The notes beneath the pieces were generated by a model. That model was given only the letters and a program-made list of their open reading frames with translations. It was not told where the DNA came from and ran no database searches. A DNA stretch of 64,000 nucleotides from an uncultured delta proteobacterium (GTDB taxonomy: Bacteria; Desulfobacterota; Desulfobacteria; Desulfobacterales; Desulfosalsimonadaceae). Location: positions 64,001-128,000 of the forward strand of contig CAWGYD010000001.1 in assembly GCA_963826785.1 (NCBI GenBank), read 5' to 3'. Below, piece after piece: positions 20,326-30,171 of the stretch (its first letter is position 1; the number at the start of each line of letters is the position of its first letter). A program made the position numbers and the translations under genes.

Positions 20326-21792
20326 ATGACCATCAGGACCAATTATACAGTTAACAAGACCCCCCGGTTTTCGTTTCTTTCCGAAGACCAGAAGGACCGG
20401 TTGTTTCGCGGGGTCATTAAAACCTTGAACGATACCGGCGCCAACGTGAACCACGAAGGCGTCCGGGAACTGCTGGGGAAAAACCGGTGCAACGTGGACG
20501 GAAAACGGGTGCGGATTCCGCCGGAAGTGGTCAAAGATGCGCTCTCATCGCTTCCGCCCACCACCACCCTGTACAGCTGGGACGGCAGCGAGGAGATGGT
20601 TTACGTGGAAAAAGGGCGCAGCTATTTCGGCCCCGGCCCCACCCCGCCCAATTTCATCGATCCCTACACTCTGGAGCGCAGACCCTATGTCCGAAAGGAC
20701 GCAGAGATCGTGGCCCGGGTCTGCGATGCCCTGCCCAACATCGGCTACGTCCAGTCCCTGGGTTCGATAAACGACGTGACCAACGGCTTGGCCGACGTGT
20801 ACGAGTTTGCCGACATGATCCAGCACACCCGCAAGATCATCATGAACTGGGCCTTCAACGTGGAAAACATCAAGGACGAGCACAAGATCGGCATCATCAT
20901 GGCCGGCGGGGAAGAAGCCTTCCGGCAGCGCCCGAACTTCATCCATTACAGCGAGCCCATTTCGCCCCTGACCAGCGACTTCGACGCCATCGGCAAGTGC
21001 ATGTACTGCGCCGAGCACCGGATTCCACAGGTCTATACCCCCTGCTGCATCGGCGGGGCCACCGTGCCGGCCACCCATGCGGGCCAGCTGGTGGTGGCCA
21101 TGTCCGAGGCCATGGTGGGGGTGGTGGTCTCCCAGTTGATGAACCCGGGCACCTGCATCATCATCGGCGGGGTTCAGTCCATCCTGGACATGCGCCGGGC
21201 CATCTATTCCTACGGCGCACCGGAGCTGGGGATCATGAGCGCGGCATTTACCGAACTGCTCAGCCATGTGGGCCTGCCCATGTACTCCACCTCGGGATGC
21301 ACCGACACCAAGATGATGGAACTCCAGTCCGGCATCGAGGCCGCTTATTCCATCCAGATGGCCATGTACAGCGGCGCCAATTTCGTTCACGACAACGGAT
21401 ACACCGAATCCGGGATCACGGGAGATGTCTACCAGACCATCATGGACGACGAGATCATCGGCATGTGCAGGCTCATCGGCGGGGGCGTGGAAGTCAACGA
21501 AGAAACCCTGGCCGTGGAAGAAATCTGCAGCGTGGGGCCCGGCGGTCATTACCTGTACGAAGACCATACCATGAAGCACTTCCGGAATCACTGGGTACCC
21601 ACACTCATGGACAGAAACTCCTACGAGGACTGGGACGCCCAGGGCCGGACCACCATGAAGGAGCGGATCGTCAAGAAGGGGCAGGATATCATCGAAAACT
21701 ACCCCGGCCCGAGTGTCAAGGTGCCGGCGGAGGCCAAGGCCGATATCGACAAGGTCCTGGCGGCCGCCGAGGAACGGGTAAAATCTCTGTAA
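20326..21792 (+). CDS. MttB-superfamily methyltransferase 2, non-pyrrolysine
   Basis: EPISPL, GGATVPATHAG, YGAPE, STSGCTDTK, VGPGGHYL..DHT. Confidence 0.92.
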   Translation: MTIRTNYTVNKTPRFSFLSEDQKDRLFRGVIKTLNDTGANVNHEGVRELLGKNRCNVDGKRVRIPPEVVKDALSSLPPTTTLYSWDGSEEMVYVEKGRSYFGPGPTPPNFIDPYTLERRPYVRKDAEIVARVCDALPNIGYVQSLGSINDVTNGLADVYEFADMIQHTRKIIMNWAFNVENIKDEHKIGIIMAGGEEAFRQRPNFIHYSEPISPLTSDFDAIGKCMYCAEHRIPQVYTPCCIGGATVPATHAGQLVVAMSEAMVGVVVSQLMNPGTCIIIGGVQSILDMRRAIYSYGAPELGIMSAAFTELLSHVGLPMYSTSGCTDTKMMELQSGIEAAYSIQMAMYSGANFVHDNGYTESGITGDVYQTIMDDEIIGMCRLIGGGVEVNEETLAVEEICSVGPGGHYLYEDHTMKHFRNHWVPTLMDRNSYEDWDAQGRTTMKERIVKKGQDIIENYPGPSVKVPAEAKADIDKVLAAAEERVKSL

Positions 21793-21805
21793 ACGATGCA
21801 ACTTT

Positions 21806-21849
21806 CGTGAACGTGAACGTGCATGTGCTCGTGCACGTTCATGTGCATG
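21806..21849. repeat. Intergenic degenerate hexamer repeat (CGTGAA/CGTGCA/TGTGCA type)
   Basis: CGTGAACGTGAACGTGCATGTGCTCGTGCACGTTCATGTGCATG; a similar tract lies at 14225-14256. Confidence 0.6.
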
Positions 21850-21888
21850 AAAAAGCGCCTTTTGATCAATGATATGAGAAATGATGAA

Positions 21889-23943
21889 ATGACCAGTACC
21901 AACAAACCCTTCGATCCCGGCGCGCGTCAGCGCAGCCGGGGGCGAAAGGAAGGCGGGGCTGATTACGTGGTGGGGATCGATACGGGAGGCACCTACACTG
22001 ACGGGGTGCTGCTGGATTACCGATCCCGCAGCGTCCTTGCCTCCGGCAAGACCCTGACCACCCGGGACGACCTGTCCCGCGGGGTGATCGAGGTCTTGAA
22101 GATGCTCGCCATCAAGGATCCCGGCCGGATCCGGCTGGTGGGGATTTCCAGCACCCTGGCCACCAATTCCATCGCCGAGGGAAAGGCCCGGGAGGTCGGG
22201 CTGATCCTCATCGGATACGACCCGGACCTGATCGAAAAATTTTCGCTCAAGGACAAATTCACCACTGCCCACTATGCCATCTTCAAAGGGGGGCACACCC
22301 CCCAGGGTGCGGAAAAAGCGCCGCTTGACCTGGAAGGGATCAGAAATTGGGTGGATCTTTACAAGGACCGGGTGGATGCATTTGCCATTTCAAGTTATTT
22401 CAGTCCTTTGAATCCATCCCACGAGGAGGCGGCGTTTGCCGAAATCCGCGATATCGGCGATCACCCGGTAGTGATGGGACACCAGTTGTCCACCCAGCTC
22501 GACTCGATCAAGCGGGCGGCCACGGCCTCCCTCAATGCCTCCCTGGTGGCGGTGATGCAGGAATTTATCATTGCGGTGGGCGATGCGCTCAAATCCCAAA
22601 ATATCAACGCCCCCCTGATGATCGTCAAGGGGGACGGGTCCCTGATGCCCTATACCGAGGCATCCGAAAAACCGGTGGAAACCGTGCTGTCGGGTCCGGC
22701 CGCCAGTGCTATCGGCGGTCAGTTCTTTTCCCATCACGCCAATGCGCTGATGATCGACGTGGGGGGGACCACCACGGACATGGCCTTCATCGAAAACGGC
22801 CGGGTGGCGGTGACCGACACCGGGGCCCGGGTGGGTCAGATCGAGACCGCCGTCCGGGCGGCCCGGATCCGCACCGCCTGTGTGGGGTGCGACAGCCGGA
22901 TCGCCTTTGCCCAGGGCGGCGTCACTACGGTGGGACCCGACCGGGTGGTTCCCCTGTCGCGCCTGGCCCACCGGTTCCCCCAAGTGGCCGACAGCATCGA
23001 GGCGCTCTTTCGATATGAAAACCATATGTGGAGCGCAGCCGACATCCGTTACTGGTACATGCACCGGCCGGATGACGCCGATATCGTCCAGGGATTGGAA
23101 CCCCGGCAGCGCCAGCTGGTCAATCAGCTCAAGGAGGGACCGAAAAGCGTGTTTCAACTGGTCCGGGCAACCAAAGTCAATCATGAGGTGCAGCTATGTG
23201 CAGATCTGCTCCTGCGGCAGGGAATCATCGAGGAGGCCACCCTGACGCCCACGGATCTGCTGCATATCAACGGCCGGATGGACCTCTGGGATGTCCGCAC
23301 CGCCCGCCGGGCAGTCGAGGTCGCCTGCGCGGTCAACGGAAAGGACACAAAGACGTTTGTGGAAGAAACGTTGGACCTGATCATTGCCATGATGGTGAAG
23401 GAGGCCGTGATCTTCCTGGCCCGGCAGGAAAGCCCGCATGAACTGCCGGAAACCATAGCCGGCCCGTGGGGAAAATGGATGATCGATGAGGCGGTTGCCC
23501 GCCGCGATCCCTGCCTTTCCGTGCAGATCTCCTGCCGGTATCCGATTATCGGGATCGGTGCGCCCGCCGAATATTTTGTAAAACGGGTGGCGGAGCTGCT
23601 CAAAGCCCCCTTCGTGCTTCCCCGGCATGCCGGTGTGGCCAACGCGGCCGGGGCCGTTGCCGGCTCCGTGGTCACCGAGCAGGAGGCCATCGTCTATATC
23701 CAGGAATCCGATGACCAGCACTGCCACATCGTTCAGATCGGAGAGGACCGGAAAACCTTCAACGAATATGATGAGGCCATGGCTTATGCCCGGAAAGCAT
23801 CGGGCAGCCGGGCCCTGGAGAAGGCCGAATCCGCCGGCGCCGCCGCCCCCCAGGTCAGTATTACCGTAAAAACCGAAGGGGCCATCGAGCGCGTGCGCGC
23901 CCGGGCTGCGGGCAACCCGAGACTGAGCGAGCAGTGGGGCTGA
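21889..23943 (+). CDS. Hydantoinase/oxoprolinase A-like (ASKHA-fold) ATP-binding protein
   Basis: GIDTGGTYTDG, STLATN, TVLSGPAAS, IDVGGTTTD, TPTDLLH, VANAAGA; start uncertain. Confidence 0.85.
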   Translation: MTSTNKPFDPGARQRSRGRKEGGADYVVGIDTGGTYTDGVLLDYRSRSVLASGKTLTTRDDLSRGVIEVLKMLAIKDPGRIRLVGISSTLATNSIAEGKAREVGLILIGYDPDLIEKFSLKDKFTTAHYAIFKGGHTPQGAEKAPLDLEGIRNWVDLYKDRVDAFAISSYFSPLNPSHEEAAFAEIRDIGDHPVVMGHQLSTQLDSIKRAATASLNASLVAVMQEFIIAVGDALKSQNINAPLMIVKGDGSLMPYTEASEKPVETVLSGPAASAIGGQFFSHHANALMIDVGGTTTDMAFIENGRVAVTDTGARVGQIETAVRAARIRTACVGCDSRIAFAQGGVTTVGPDRVVPLSRLAHRFPQVADSIEALFRYENHMWSAADIRYWYMHRPDDADIVQGLEPRQRQLVNQLKEGPKSVFQLVRATKVNHEVQLCADLLLRQGIIEEATLTPTDLLHINGRMDLWDVRTARRAVEVACAVNGKDTKTFVEETLDLIIAMMVKEAVIFLARQESPHELPETIAGPWGKWMIDEAVARRDPCLSVQISCRYPIIGIGAPAEYFVKRVAELLKAPFVLPRHAGVANAAGAVAGSVVTEQEAIVYIQESDDQHCHIVQIGEDRKTFNEYDEAMAYARKASGSRALEKAESAGAAAPQVSITVKTEGAIERVRARAAGNPRLSEQWG

Positions 23944-24030
23944 CCCGGCCGGAATCATCAGGATGCATGCGGATCGAAAATGACAATGCGGATGAAACAG
24001 GTGCTTGTAATGACCTAATGGCGACGGGAA

Positions 24031-24241
24031 TGGAATGGTGGAATGATGGAATGATGGAGTGATGGCACATGTCCTAACCATCGTGATCTTGCTATGCCTA
24101 CCCTTGAGGTACGACCCTCCTAAATTCCCCCCTTGAGGGGGGCGAAGGGGGGTGTAAGGCCTTGCGGCAAACAAATACAGCCGGTTATACAAGTAGTGCT
24201 GTTTCTCCCATTATTCCATTATTCCAATATTCCATCATCCA
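24031..24241. repeat. Composite intergenic element: TGGAATGA octamer array, central CCCCCTTGAGGGGG palindrome, inverted octamer array
   Basis: 4 units at 24031-24062; reverse-complement units at 24208-24241. Confidence 0.6.
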
Positions 24242-24311
24242 ATTGTGTCTGCCTTCCCTTGGGCCAATTTCATCTCAAATTTGAAAAATACGTTTTAAGG
24301 TAATTGCTCAT

Positions 24312-24848
24312 ATGACAAGTGAATACGTCTTTTCGGCCGTTGGGAGAAACATCACCGGTACGGTGGCCAAGGTTTCCAAAGAGATATACGCGTGCGGGTG
24401 CAATTTCGAGGATTCCCGCATGACCCTGCTGGGCAGTCATTTCGCCCTGATGATCCTGGTGACCGCCAAAGGCGATGAAATGGGCCGGGAACTGGCGCGG
24501 CGCTGCGACCGGCTGCAGCAGGATACGGATCTGGCCATCACCCTGTTTCCGGTGGACAAAAACATCCCGGAAGGAAAAAGGACGCCCACCGAACCCAATT
24601 ATGAAATCCGGGTCAAGGGTGCTGACCGGATGGGGATCGTCTACCGGACCACCCAGCTGCTGGCTGAACTCAACATCAACATCGTGGAGATGAAAACCCG
24701 CCTGGTGCCGGGCAAGAAGGGGGAGCCCCTTTTTTCCATGCGCATGGGGGTGGCCGTGCCCCGGGAAGTGGACGGGGAAACCCTGCGCAATGAACTCAAA
24801 TACCTGGCCGAGGACAACCGGGAGATGATTTCACTTACCCGGATGTAA
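24312..24848 (+). CDS. Double ACT-domain protein (GcvR-like)
   Basis: SAVGRNITGTVA...CNFEDSRMTLLG.HFALMIL; second ACT domain VKGADRMGIV. Confidence 0.8.
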   Translation: MTSEYVFSAVGRNITGTVAKVSKEIYACGCNFEDSRMTLLGSHFALMILVTAKGDEMGRELARRCDRLQQDTDLAITLFPVDKNIPEGKRTPTEPNYEIRVKGADRMGIVYRTTQLLAELNINIVEMKTRLVPGKKGEPLFSMRMGVAVPREVDGETLRNELKYLAEDNREMISLTRM

Positions 24849-24857
24849 AGGTGGATT

Positions 24858-26636
24858 ATGCACGAACTTAAAATCGAAGGCTACGATAAGGTCATCTTGA
24901 CCCGCAGGGGCGAGAGCGTGCGCGACGCCCTGTACCGGGCGGGGGTGGAGATCGACTCCCCCTGCAGCGGCGACGGCATATGCGGCAAGTGCCTGATCCG
25001 GGTTTCGCCCCCGGGCGCGGTGGCCAGGACGCCCCACAGGGACATCACAGAAGAGCAGGCGGCCGATGGGGTCCGGCTGGCCTGCCAGGTGATCTGCCGT
25101 TCGGACATGGCCATTTCCCTGCTGTCCGACTTTGCCGTGGACGAGCACCGCATTCTGGAGGGGGACCGGGACCCCGATGCAACGCCGTGGGGGGGAGAAA
25201 AGAAACAGCATTACGATGACCACTATACCGGGGGAAAGCGATCCGCCGTGCGCCTGGAGCGTAAAAATCGCACCCGCATCTTCCATTATGAATCCGATGC
25301 GCCCGCTGTCCTGAAACCCTGGAAAAAAGGCGCCGCTCCCATGGGGTTGGCCGTGGATCTGGGCACCACCACCATGGTGGCCACGGTGGTGGATTTGGAT
25401 ACCGGGAAAGAGATGGCCACCACCTCGGGGTTAAATCCACAAATCCGGTTCGGCCATGACGTGGTCCGCCGGATTCAGCACGGATCGAGCCGGGAAGGGC
25501 TCCGGGAGCTGGTCGACTGCGTCGGCGAGGGGATCAATGATCTGGCGGCACAGGCCTGCGAGGATTCGGATGTGTCACCGGAAGAGATCCTGGATGTGGT
25601 CATCGGCGGAAACACCGCCATGCTGCAGATTGCCGCCGGCATCGATCCCGAGCCCCTGGGCCGGGTCCCCTTCACCGTGGATCTCAAAAGCGGCCGGCAC
25701 TATCTGGCAGGCGTTTTCGGCCTGCGGGTCCATCCGTTGGCCCGGGTGTATGTGCCGCCGGTGATTCACGCCTATGTGGGATCGGACATCAGCGCCGGGC
25801 TTCTGGTGTGCCGGGGCTTTTTCAGGGAGGACCGCACCACGCTGTTCATCGATATCGGGACCAACGGTGAAATCGGGCTTTCCGCCAATGGAAACTGGCT
25901 GATGACATCGGCTGCGGCCGGTCCGGCATTCGAGGGGATGGGCATCTCCTCGGGGATGCGCGCCCGCATCGGCGCCATCGAGGCCCTCACCAGCGACGGC
26001 CGGTCCATCAAGGTGCACGCCATCGGTGATGTCAAACCCACCGGGATCTGCGGCAGCGGCATTATCGATGCCGCCGCGGTGCTTTCAAAAACCGGGGTCA
26101 TCGATCCGTCCGGCAGGATGGTGATGCCGCCGGATGCGCACCTGCCGGGCATGCTGGCCTACCGGCTGGAGAGGGTCGATGACAAGCCGGCCTTCAAGCT
26201 GGCCGACGATGTCTATTTTACCCAGGAAGATGTGCGCCAGGTGCAGCTGGCGAAAAGCGCCATCCGGGCGGCCATCGATATCCTGCTTTCAGAGGCCGGC
26301 ATCACTGCAGACGATATCGACCGGATCATACTGGCGGGGGGATTCGGCTACAGCCTGCGGCCCAGAAACCTGGAGGCCATCGGCCTGCTGCCGCCCGGGA
26401 CTGCACCCCGCGTCTATTTCGCCGGCAACACCTGCCGCATCGGGTGCGTTCGCATGCTGCGCAGCGTGGACAACCGGCGCTTTATCGAGGAAAAGGTGAA
26501 AAAGATCCGGCATGTGGCCATTGAAACCCGCCCGGACTTCATGGAGCAGTATGTGGAGGCCATGGAATTCCCGGAGATCGTCCGGGGCCGGGAAAATACG
26601 GGAGCCGTTTCAAAAATCCATGCAAATTGCAAATAA
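24858..26636 (+). CDS. Reductive activator of corrinoid proteins (RACo/DUF4445 ASKHA ATPase with N-terminal [2Fe-2S])
   Basis: CSGDGICGKC...RLACQ, DLGTTT, NPQIRFGHDV, DIGTNGE, AAGPAFEG, GICGSG, LAGGFG. Confidence 0.92.
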   Translation: MHELKIEGYDKVILTRRGESVRDALYRAGVEIDSPCSGDGICGKCLIRVSPPGAVARTPHRDITEEQAADGVRLACQVICRSDMAISLLSDFAVDEHRILEGDRDPDATPWGGEKKQHYDDHYTGGKRSAVRLERKNRTRIFHYESDAPAVLKPWKKGAAPMGLAVDLGTTTMVATVVDLDTGKEMATTSGLNPQIRFGHDVVRRIQHGSSREGLRELVDCVGEGINDLAAQACEDSDVSPEEILDVVIGGNTAMLQIAAGIDPEPLGRVPFTVDLKSGRHYLAGVFGLRVHPLARVYVPPVIHAYVGSDISAGLLVCRGFFREDRTTLFIDIGTNGEIGLSANGNWLMTSAAAGPAFEGMGISSGMRARIGAIEALTSDGRSIKVHAIGDVKPTGICGSGIIDAAAVLSKTGVIDPSGRMVMPPDAHLPGMLAYRLERVDDKPAFKLADDVYFTQEDVRQVQLAKSAIRAAIDILLSEAGITADDIDRIILAGGFGYSLRPRNLEAIGLLPPGTAPRVYFAGNTCRIGCVRMLRSVDNRRFIEEKVKKIRHVAIETRPDFMEQYVEAMEFPEIVRGRENTGAVSKIHANCK

Positions 26637-26656
26637 GACAATTATTCAGAAGGCAG

Positions 26657-27352
26657 ATGAAAGTTCAAAAAAGACAGAAGCACGCCCGGGTGGTGATCGC
26701 CTGCCGGGTGATCCGGGCCGAACTGGAGGCGCTGCGGACATCCCGCACAACCGATGTGGAGGTGCATTACCTGGACCAGAACCTGCACCGGACGCCGGAT
26801 CGGATGCCTGCGATCATCCAGGCGGAGATCGATGCGGCAGCAGAATATGCTGCCGAGATCATTCTCGGCTACGGCCTGTGCTCAAACGGCGTGGTGGGCG
26901 TCCGGGCCGCAAACCAGCCCATCTATATCCCCCGGGTGCACGACTGCATCTCCCTGCTGCTGGGGTCGAGGGGCATCTACCAGAAGGCCTTTTCCGGCCG
27001 GCCGGGCACCTATTACCTGACCCCGGGATGGATGGCCGAGGAAAAAGATCCCCTGGGGATGATGGAAAACGAATATGCCCCCAAGATGGGCCGCGAGACG
27101 GCCGAATGGGGGATCCGGGAGGAGCTGAAGCATTACACCCACATCGTTTTTATCAACACCGGGGCAGGGGACATCGATTTTCTGCGGGACCGGGCGCGCA
27201 AAAATGCCGCGTTTCTTAAAAAAGAATTCGAAGAAGTGGCGGGATCGATGGATTATTTTCAAAAAATCCTGTTCGGGCCAAACGAGCCCCCGGATTTCGT
27301 CTGCATTCCGCCGGGTGAAAAGATTGCGGCCAGGCCGTTTTTAATGGATTAG
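26657..27352 (+). CDS. DUF1638 family protein
   Basis: VIAC.VI, LH..P, LGYGLCSNG, HDCISLLLG, YYLTPGW. Confidence 0.85.
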   Translation: MKVQKRQKHARVVIACRVIRAELEALRTSRTTDVEVHYLDQNLHRTPDRMPAIIQAEIDAAAEYAAEIILGYGLCSNGVVGVRAANQPIYIPRVHDCISLLLGSRGIYQKAFSGRPGTYYLTPGWMAEEKDPLGMMENEYAPKMGRETAEWGIREELKHYTHIVFINTGAGDIDFLRDRARKNAAFLKKEFEEVAGSMDYFQKILFGPNEPPDFVCIPPGEKIAARPFLMD

Positions 27353-27465
27353 AAGAAGTGGTTTCAAAGACCTATTTCAGGCGGCGATGGCTGACCTGCC
27401 TCGACCCTGATCTGAAATTTTGAATCGCTTCCACGCAAGTTAATTCAGCATTAAGGAGCGATTTT

Positions 27466-28263
27466 ATGCAAATTGTCGGAGAACTGATCAATTCATCCCG
27501 AAGCGCCATCAAGGCGGCCATCGAAAAAGGAGATGGGGCCGAGATCCAGCGCATCGCCAAGGCGCAGCATGAAGCCGGGGCCGGCTACATCGATGTCAAC
27601 GCGGGCACCTTCGTGGGAAAGGAAGCCGAATATATGAAATGGCTCATCACCCAGGTGCAGTCCGCAACTGAAACCCCCTGCTGCATCGACAGCCCGGATC
27701 CCAGGGTGATCGAGGCGGCCCTGACGGTGCACCGGGGAACCCCCATGATCAATTCCATTTCCCTGGAAAAGGATCGCTATGATGCCCTGCTGCCGGTGAT
27801 CGCCGGCACGGATTTCAAAGTGATCGCCTTGTGCATGAGCGATGAGGGGATGCCGGAAACCAAAGACGACCGCTTGGCCATTGCCGAAAAACTGATCAAT
27901 GCCCTGGTCAAAGAAAACGTGGCTGTGGAGAACATCTATGTGGACCCGCTGGTGCAGCCGATCTCCACCAAAGATTCCTATGGCATCGAATTTTTAGATG
28001 CCATATCGGCCATCATGACCGGCTTTCCGGGGGTCAACACGGTTTGCGGACTGTCAAATATTTCATATGGCCTGCCGGAAAGAAAGCTGATCAATCAGAC
28101 CTTCATGGCCATGGCCATCGCCAGAGGCTTAAACGGCGCCATCATGAATCCCCTGGACAAAAAGATGATGGCCAACATCATCACCGCTGAAATGCTCTCC
28201 GGCCGGGACGAGTACTGCGGGAATTTTCTGACGGCCTACCGGGAGGAGAAGTTCAAGTTCTGA
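27466..28263 (+). CDS. Methyltetrahydrofolate:corrinoid methyltransferase (AcsE-like pterin-binding barrel)
   Basis: IVGELIN, IDVNAG, IDSPDP, MINSIS, VDPLV, GLSNISYGLP. Confidence 0.92.
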   Translation: MQIVGELINSSRSAIKAAIEKGDGAEIQRIAKAQHEAGAGYIDVNAGTFVGKEAEYMKWLITQVQSATETPCCIDSPDPRVIEAALTVHRGTPMINSISLEKDRYDALLPVIAGTDFKVIALCMSDEGMPETKDDRLAIAEKLINALVKENVAVENIYVDPLVQPISTKDSYGIEFLDAISAIMTGFPGVNTVCGLSNISYGLPERKLINQTFMAMAIARGLNGAIMNPLDKKMMANIITAEMLSGRDEYCGNFLTAYREEKFKF

Positions 28264-28285
28264 TGCATTCAGGGAAGTAACATGA

Positions 28286-28482
28286 CCCGAGGCGACATGG
28301 CAGCGGATTTCTCCCGCTCACTGTTCATGATTTTGATGCTTCTAAGATTCGCTCCGCTGCATCCTGGAAACTCGCCTGTCGGCTCAGACAGTCCAGGATG
28401 CGGCCGCTCCGCTTCATCTAAGAAGCATTCGCAAAATAATGAAGCAATGTTCGCCGGGAGAAACCCACAGCCATGTCTTGGG
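28286..28482. repeat. About 200-nt nested imperfect palindrome (MITE/REPIN-like or structured RNA)
   Basis: Paired arms GACATGGC/GCCATGTC, TTTCTCCCG/CGGGAGAAA, ATGCTTCT/AGAAGCAT, GCATCCTGGA/TCCAGGATGC. Confidence 0.7.
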
Positions 28483-28587
28483 CCATCCATTTCCTTTTGC
28501 AAAAATATCGCGCAGCAGCGTAGTGAAATTCAAGAAAGAGCTTGGCTGCACGTACACGATTTTTAATAAAAATCCATGGAGGAAAAC

Positions 28588-30171
28588 ATGAAAGTACTCG
28601 TCAGCGATAAACTCGGACAGGCCGGGATCGACATATTCGAGGCGGAAGAGGGAATTGACGTGGATGTCAAGACCGACCTGTCGCCCGACGAACTTAAAAG
28701 CGTCATCGGCGACTATGACGCCCTGGTGGTGCGCAGCGCCACCAAAGTGACCGAAGATTTGCTGGAATCGGCGGGAAAACTGCGGGTGATCGGCCGTGCC
28801 GGCATCGGGGTGGACAACATCGATCTGGCGGCGGCCACCCGGCGGGGCATCATCGTCATGAACACCCCCGGCGGCAACATTGTGACCACCGCCGAACACG
28901 CCATTGCCATGATGATGGCCCTGACCCGGAACATCCCCCAGGGGACCGAGTCATTAAAAGCCGGCCGCTGGGACAAGAAGAAGCTGCAGGGACGCGAAAT
29001 CATGCGCAAGACCCTGGGGGTGATCGGGTTCGGCAAAATCGGGTCCATCGTGGCCAACCGGGCCCGGGGCCTGAAAATGCAGGTGATCGTCTATGATCCG
29101 GTGGTCACCCCGGAGAAGATCGAAAAGCACGGATGCGAGTCCGTGTCGCTTACCGAACTCTACCGCCGGGCCGATTATATTTCCATCCATGTGCCCAAAA
29201 TGAAGAAGACGCTGGGCATGATCGACCACAAATCGTTTGCCGGGATGAAAGACGGCGTGATGCTGATCAACTGCGCACGGGGCGGGATTGTCGACGAGGA
29301 GGCGCTCCAGGAAGCCATGTCATCCGGGAAGGTGGCCGGCGCGGCCCTGGACGTGTTCGCCCTGGAACCGCCATCGCAAGATCATCCCCTGCTCAAACTT
29401 CCCAACCTGATCGCCACGCCGCACCTGGGGGCCTCCACCCTGGAAGCCCAGACCAATGTGGCCGTGGCCATCGCACAGCAGATCATCACCTTTTTGAAAA
29501 CCGATACCATTGAAAATGCCGTCAATGCCGCCTGCGTCTCCTGTGAGATAATGGAAAAGCTGGCGCCGTTCATCCATCTGGCCGATCGGATGGGTCGTAT
29601 CCAGGCGCAACTGGTCTCGGGCCACATCAAGGAAGTGGAAATTTCATACAACGGGGATTTTCTCCATGACGATCTGGCCCCCGTTACCACCGCTTTCCTG
29701 ATGGGGCTGCTGGAACCGATTACGTTGGATGACGTCAACATGGTCAATGCGCCCTGGCTGGCCAAGGAAAAAGGGATCAAGGTGTCCGAAGCCACCAGCG
29801 CCGACGCCAGTGAATACAACAATCTGATCACCATCAAGGTCGTCACCGATGAAGGAAACAATGCCGTGTCCGGCACCGTATTCGGCAGGAGCTATCCCCG
29901 GGTGGTGAAGATCAACGATTTCCGGCTGGAGATGGAACTGGAAGGGTACATGACCCTGATTCAGAACCAGGACAGGCCCGGCGAGATCGGAAACATCGGC
30001 ACCGTTTTAGGGGAGCACGACATCAATATTTCCCGGATGACCGTGGGGCAGGCCCGGGGCGGCGGACGCAACATCGTGGTGCTCAGGACCGATTCCGCCC
30101 TGGATGACGGCATCATCGCCCAACTTCAGGACCTGCCCATGAGCCGGTCGGTGACCTACCTGGAATTGTAA
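28588..30171 (+). CDS. serA: D-3-phosphoglycerate dehydrogenase (type I, with ASB and ACT domains)
   Basis: VRSATKVT, RAGIGVDNID, GFGKIG, NCARGGIVDE, TPHLGAST.EAQ, C-terminal DRPG.IG ACT domain; GGAGG RBS. Confidence 0.95.
   Translation: MKVLVSDKLGQAGIDIFEAEEGIDVDVKTDLSPDELKSVIGDYDALVVRSATKVTEDLLESAGKLRVIGRAGIGVDNIDLAAATRRGIIVMNTPGGNIVTTAEHAIAMMMALTRNIPQGTESLKAGRWDKKKLQGREIMRKTLGVIGFGKIGSIVANRARGLKMQVIVYDPVVTPEKIEKHGCESVSLTELYRRADYISIHVPKMKKTLGMIDHKSFAGMKDGVMLINCARGGIVDEEALQEAMSSGKVAGAALDVFALEPPSQDHPLLKLPNLIATPHLGASTLEAQTNVAVAIAQQIITFLKTDTIENAVNAACVSCEIMEKLAPFIHLADRMGRIQAQLVSGHIKEVEISYNGDFLHDDLAPVTTAFLMGLLEPITLDDVNMVNAPWLAKEKGIKVSEATSADASEYNNLITIKVVTDEGNNAVSGTVFGRSYPRVVKINDFRLEMELEGYMTLIQNQDRPGEIGNIGTVLGEHDINISRMTVGQARGGGRNIVVLRTDSALDDGIIAQLQDLPMSRSVTYLEL

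Noticed and set aside
18785..21792. Pyrrolysine in the MttB genes
   Set aside because: There is no in-frame TAG; the break in the first gene is a one-base insertion near 19487.
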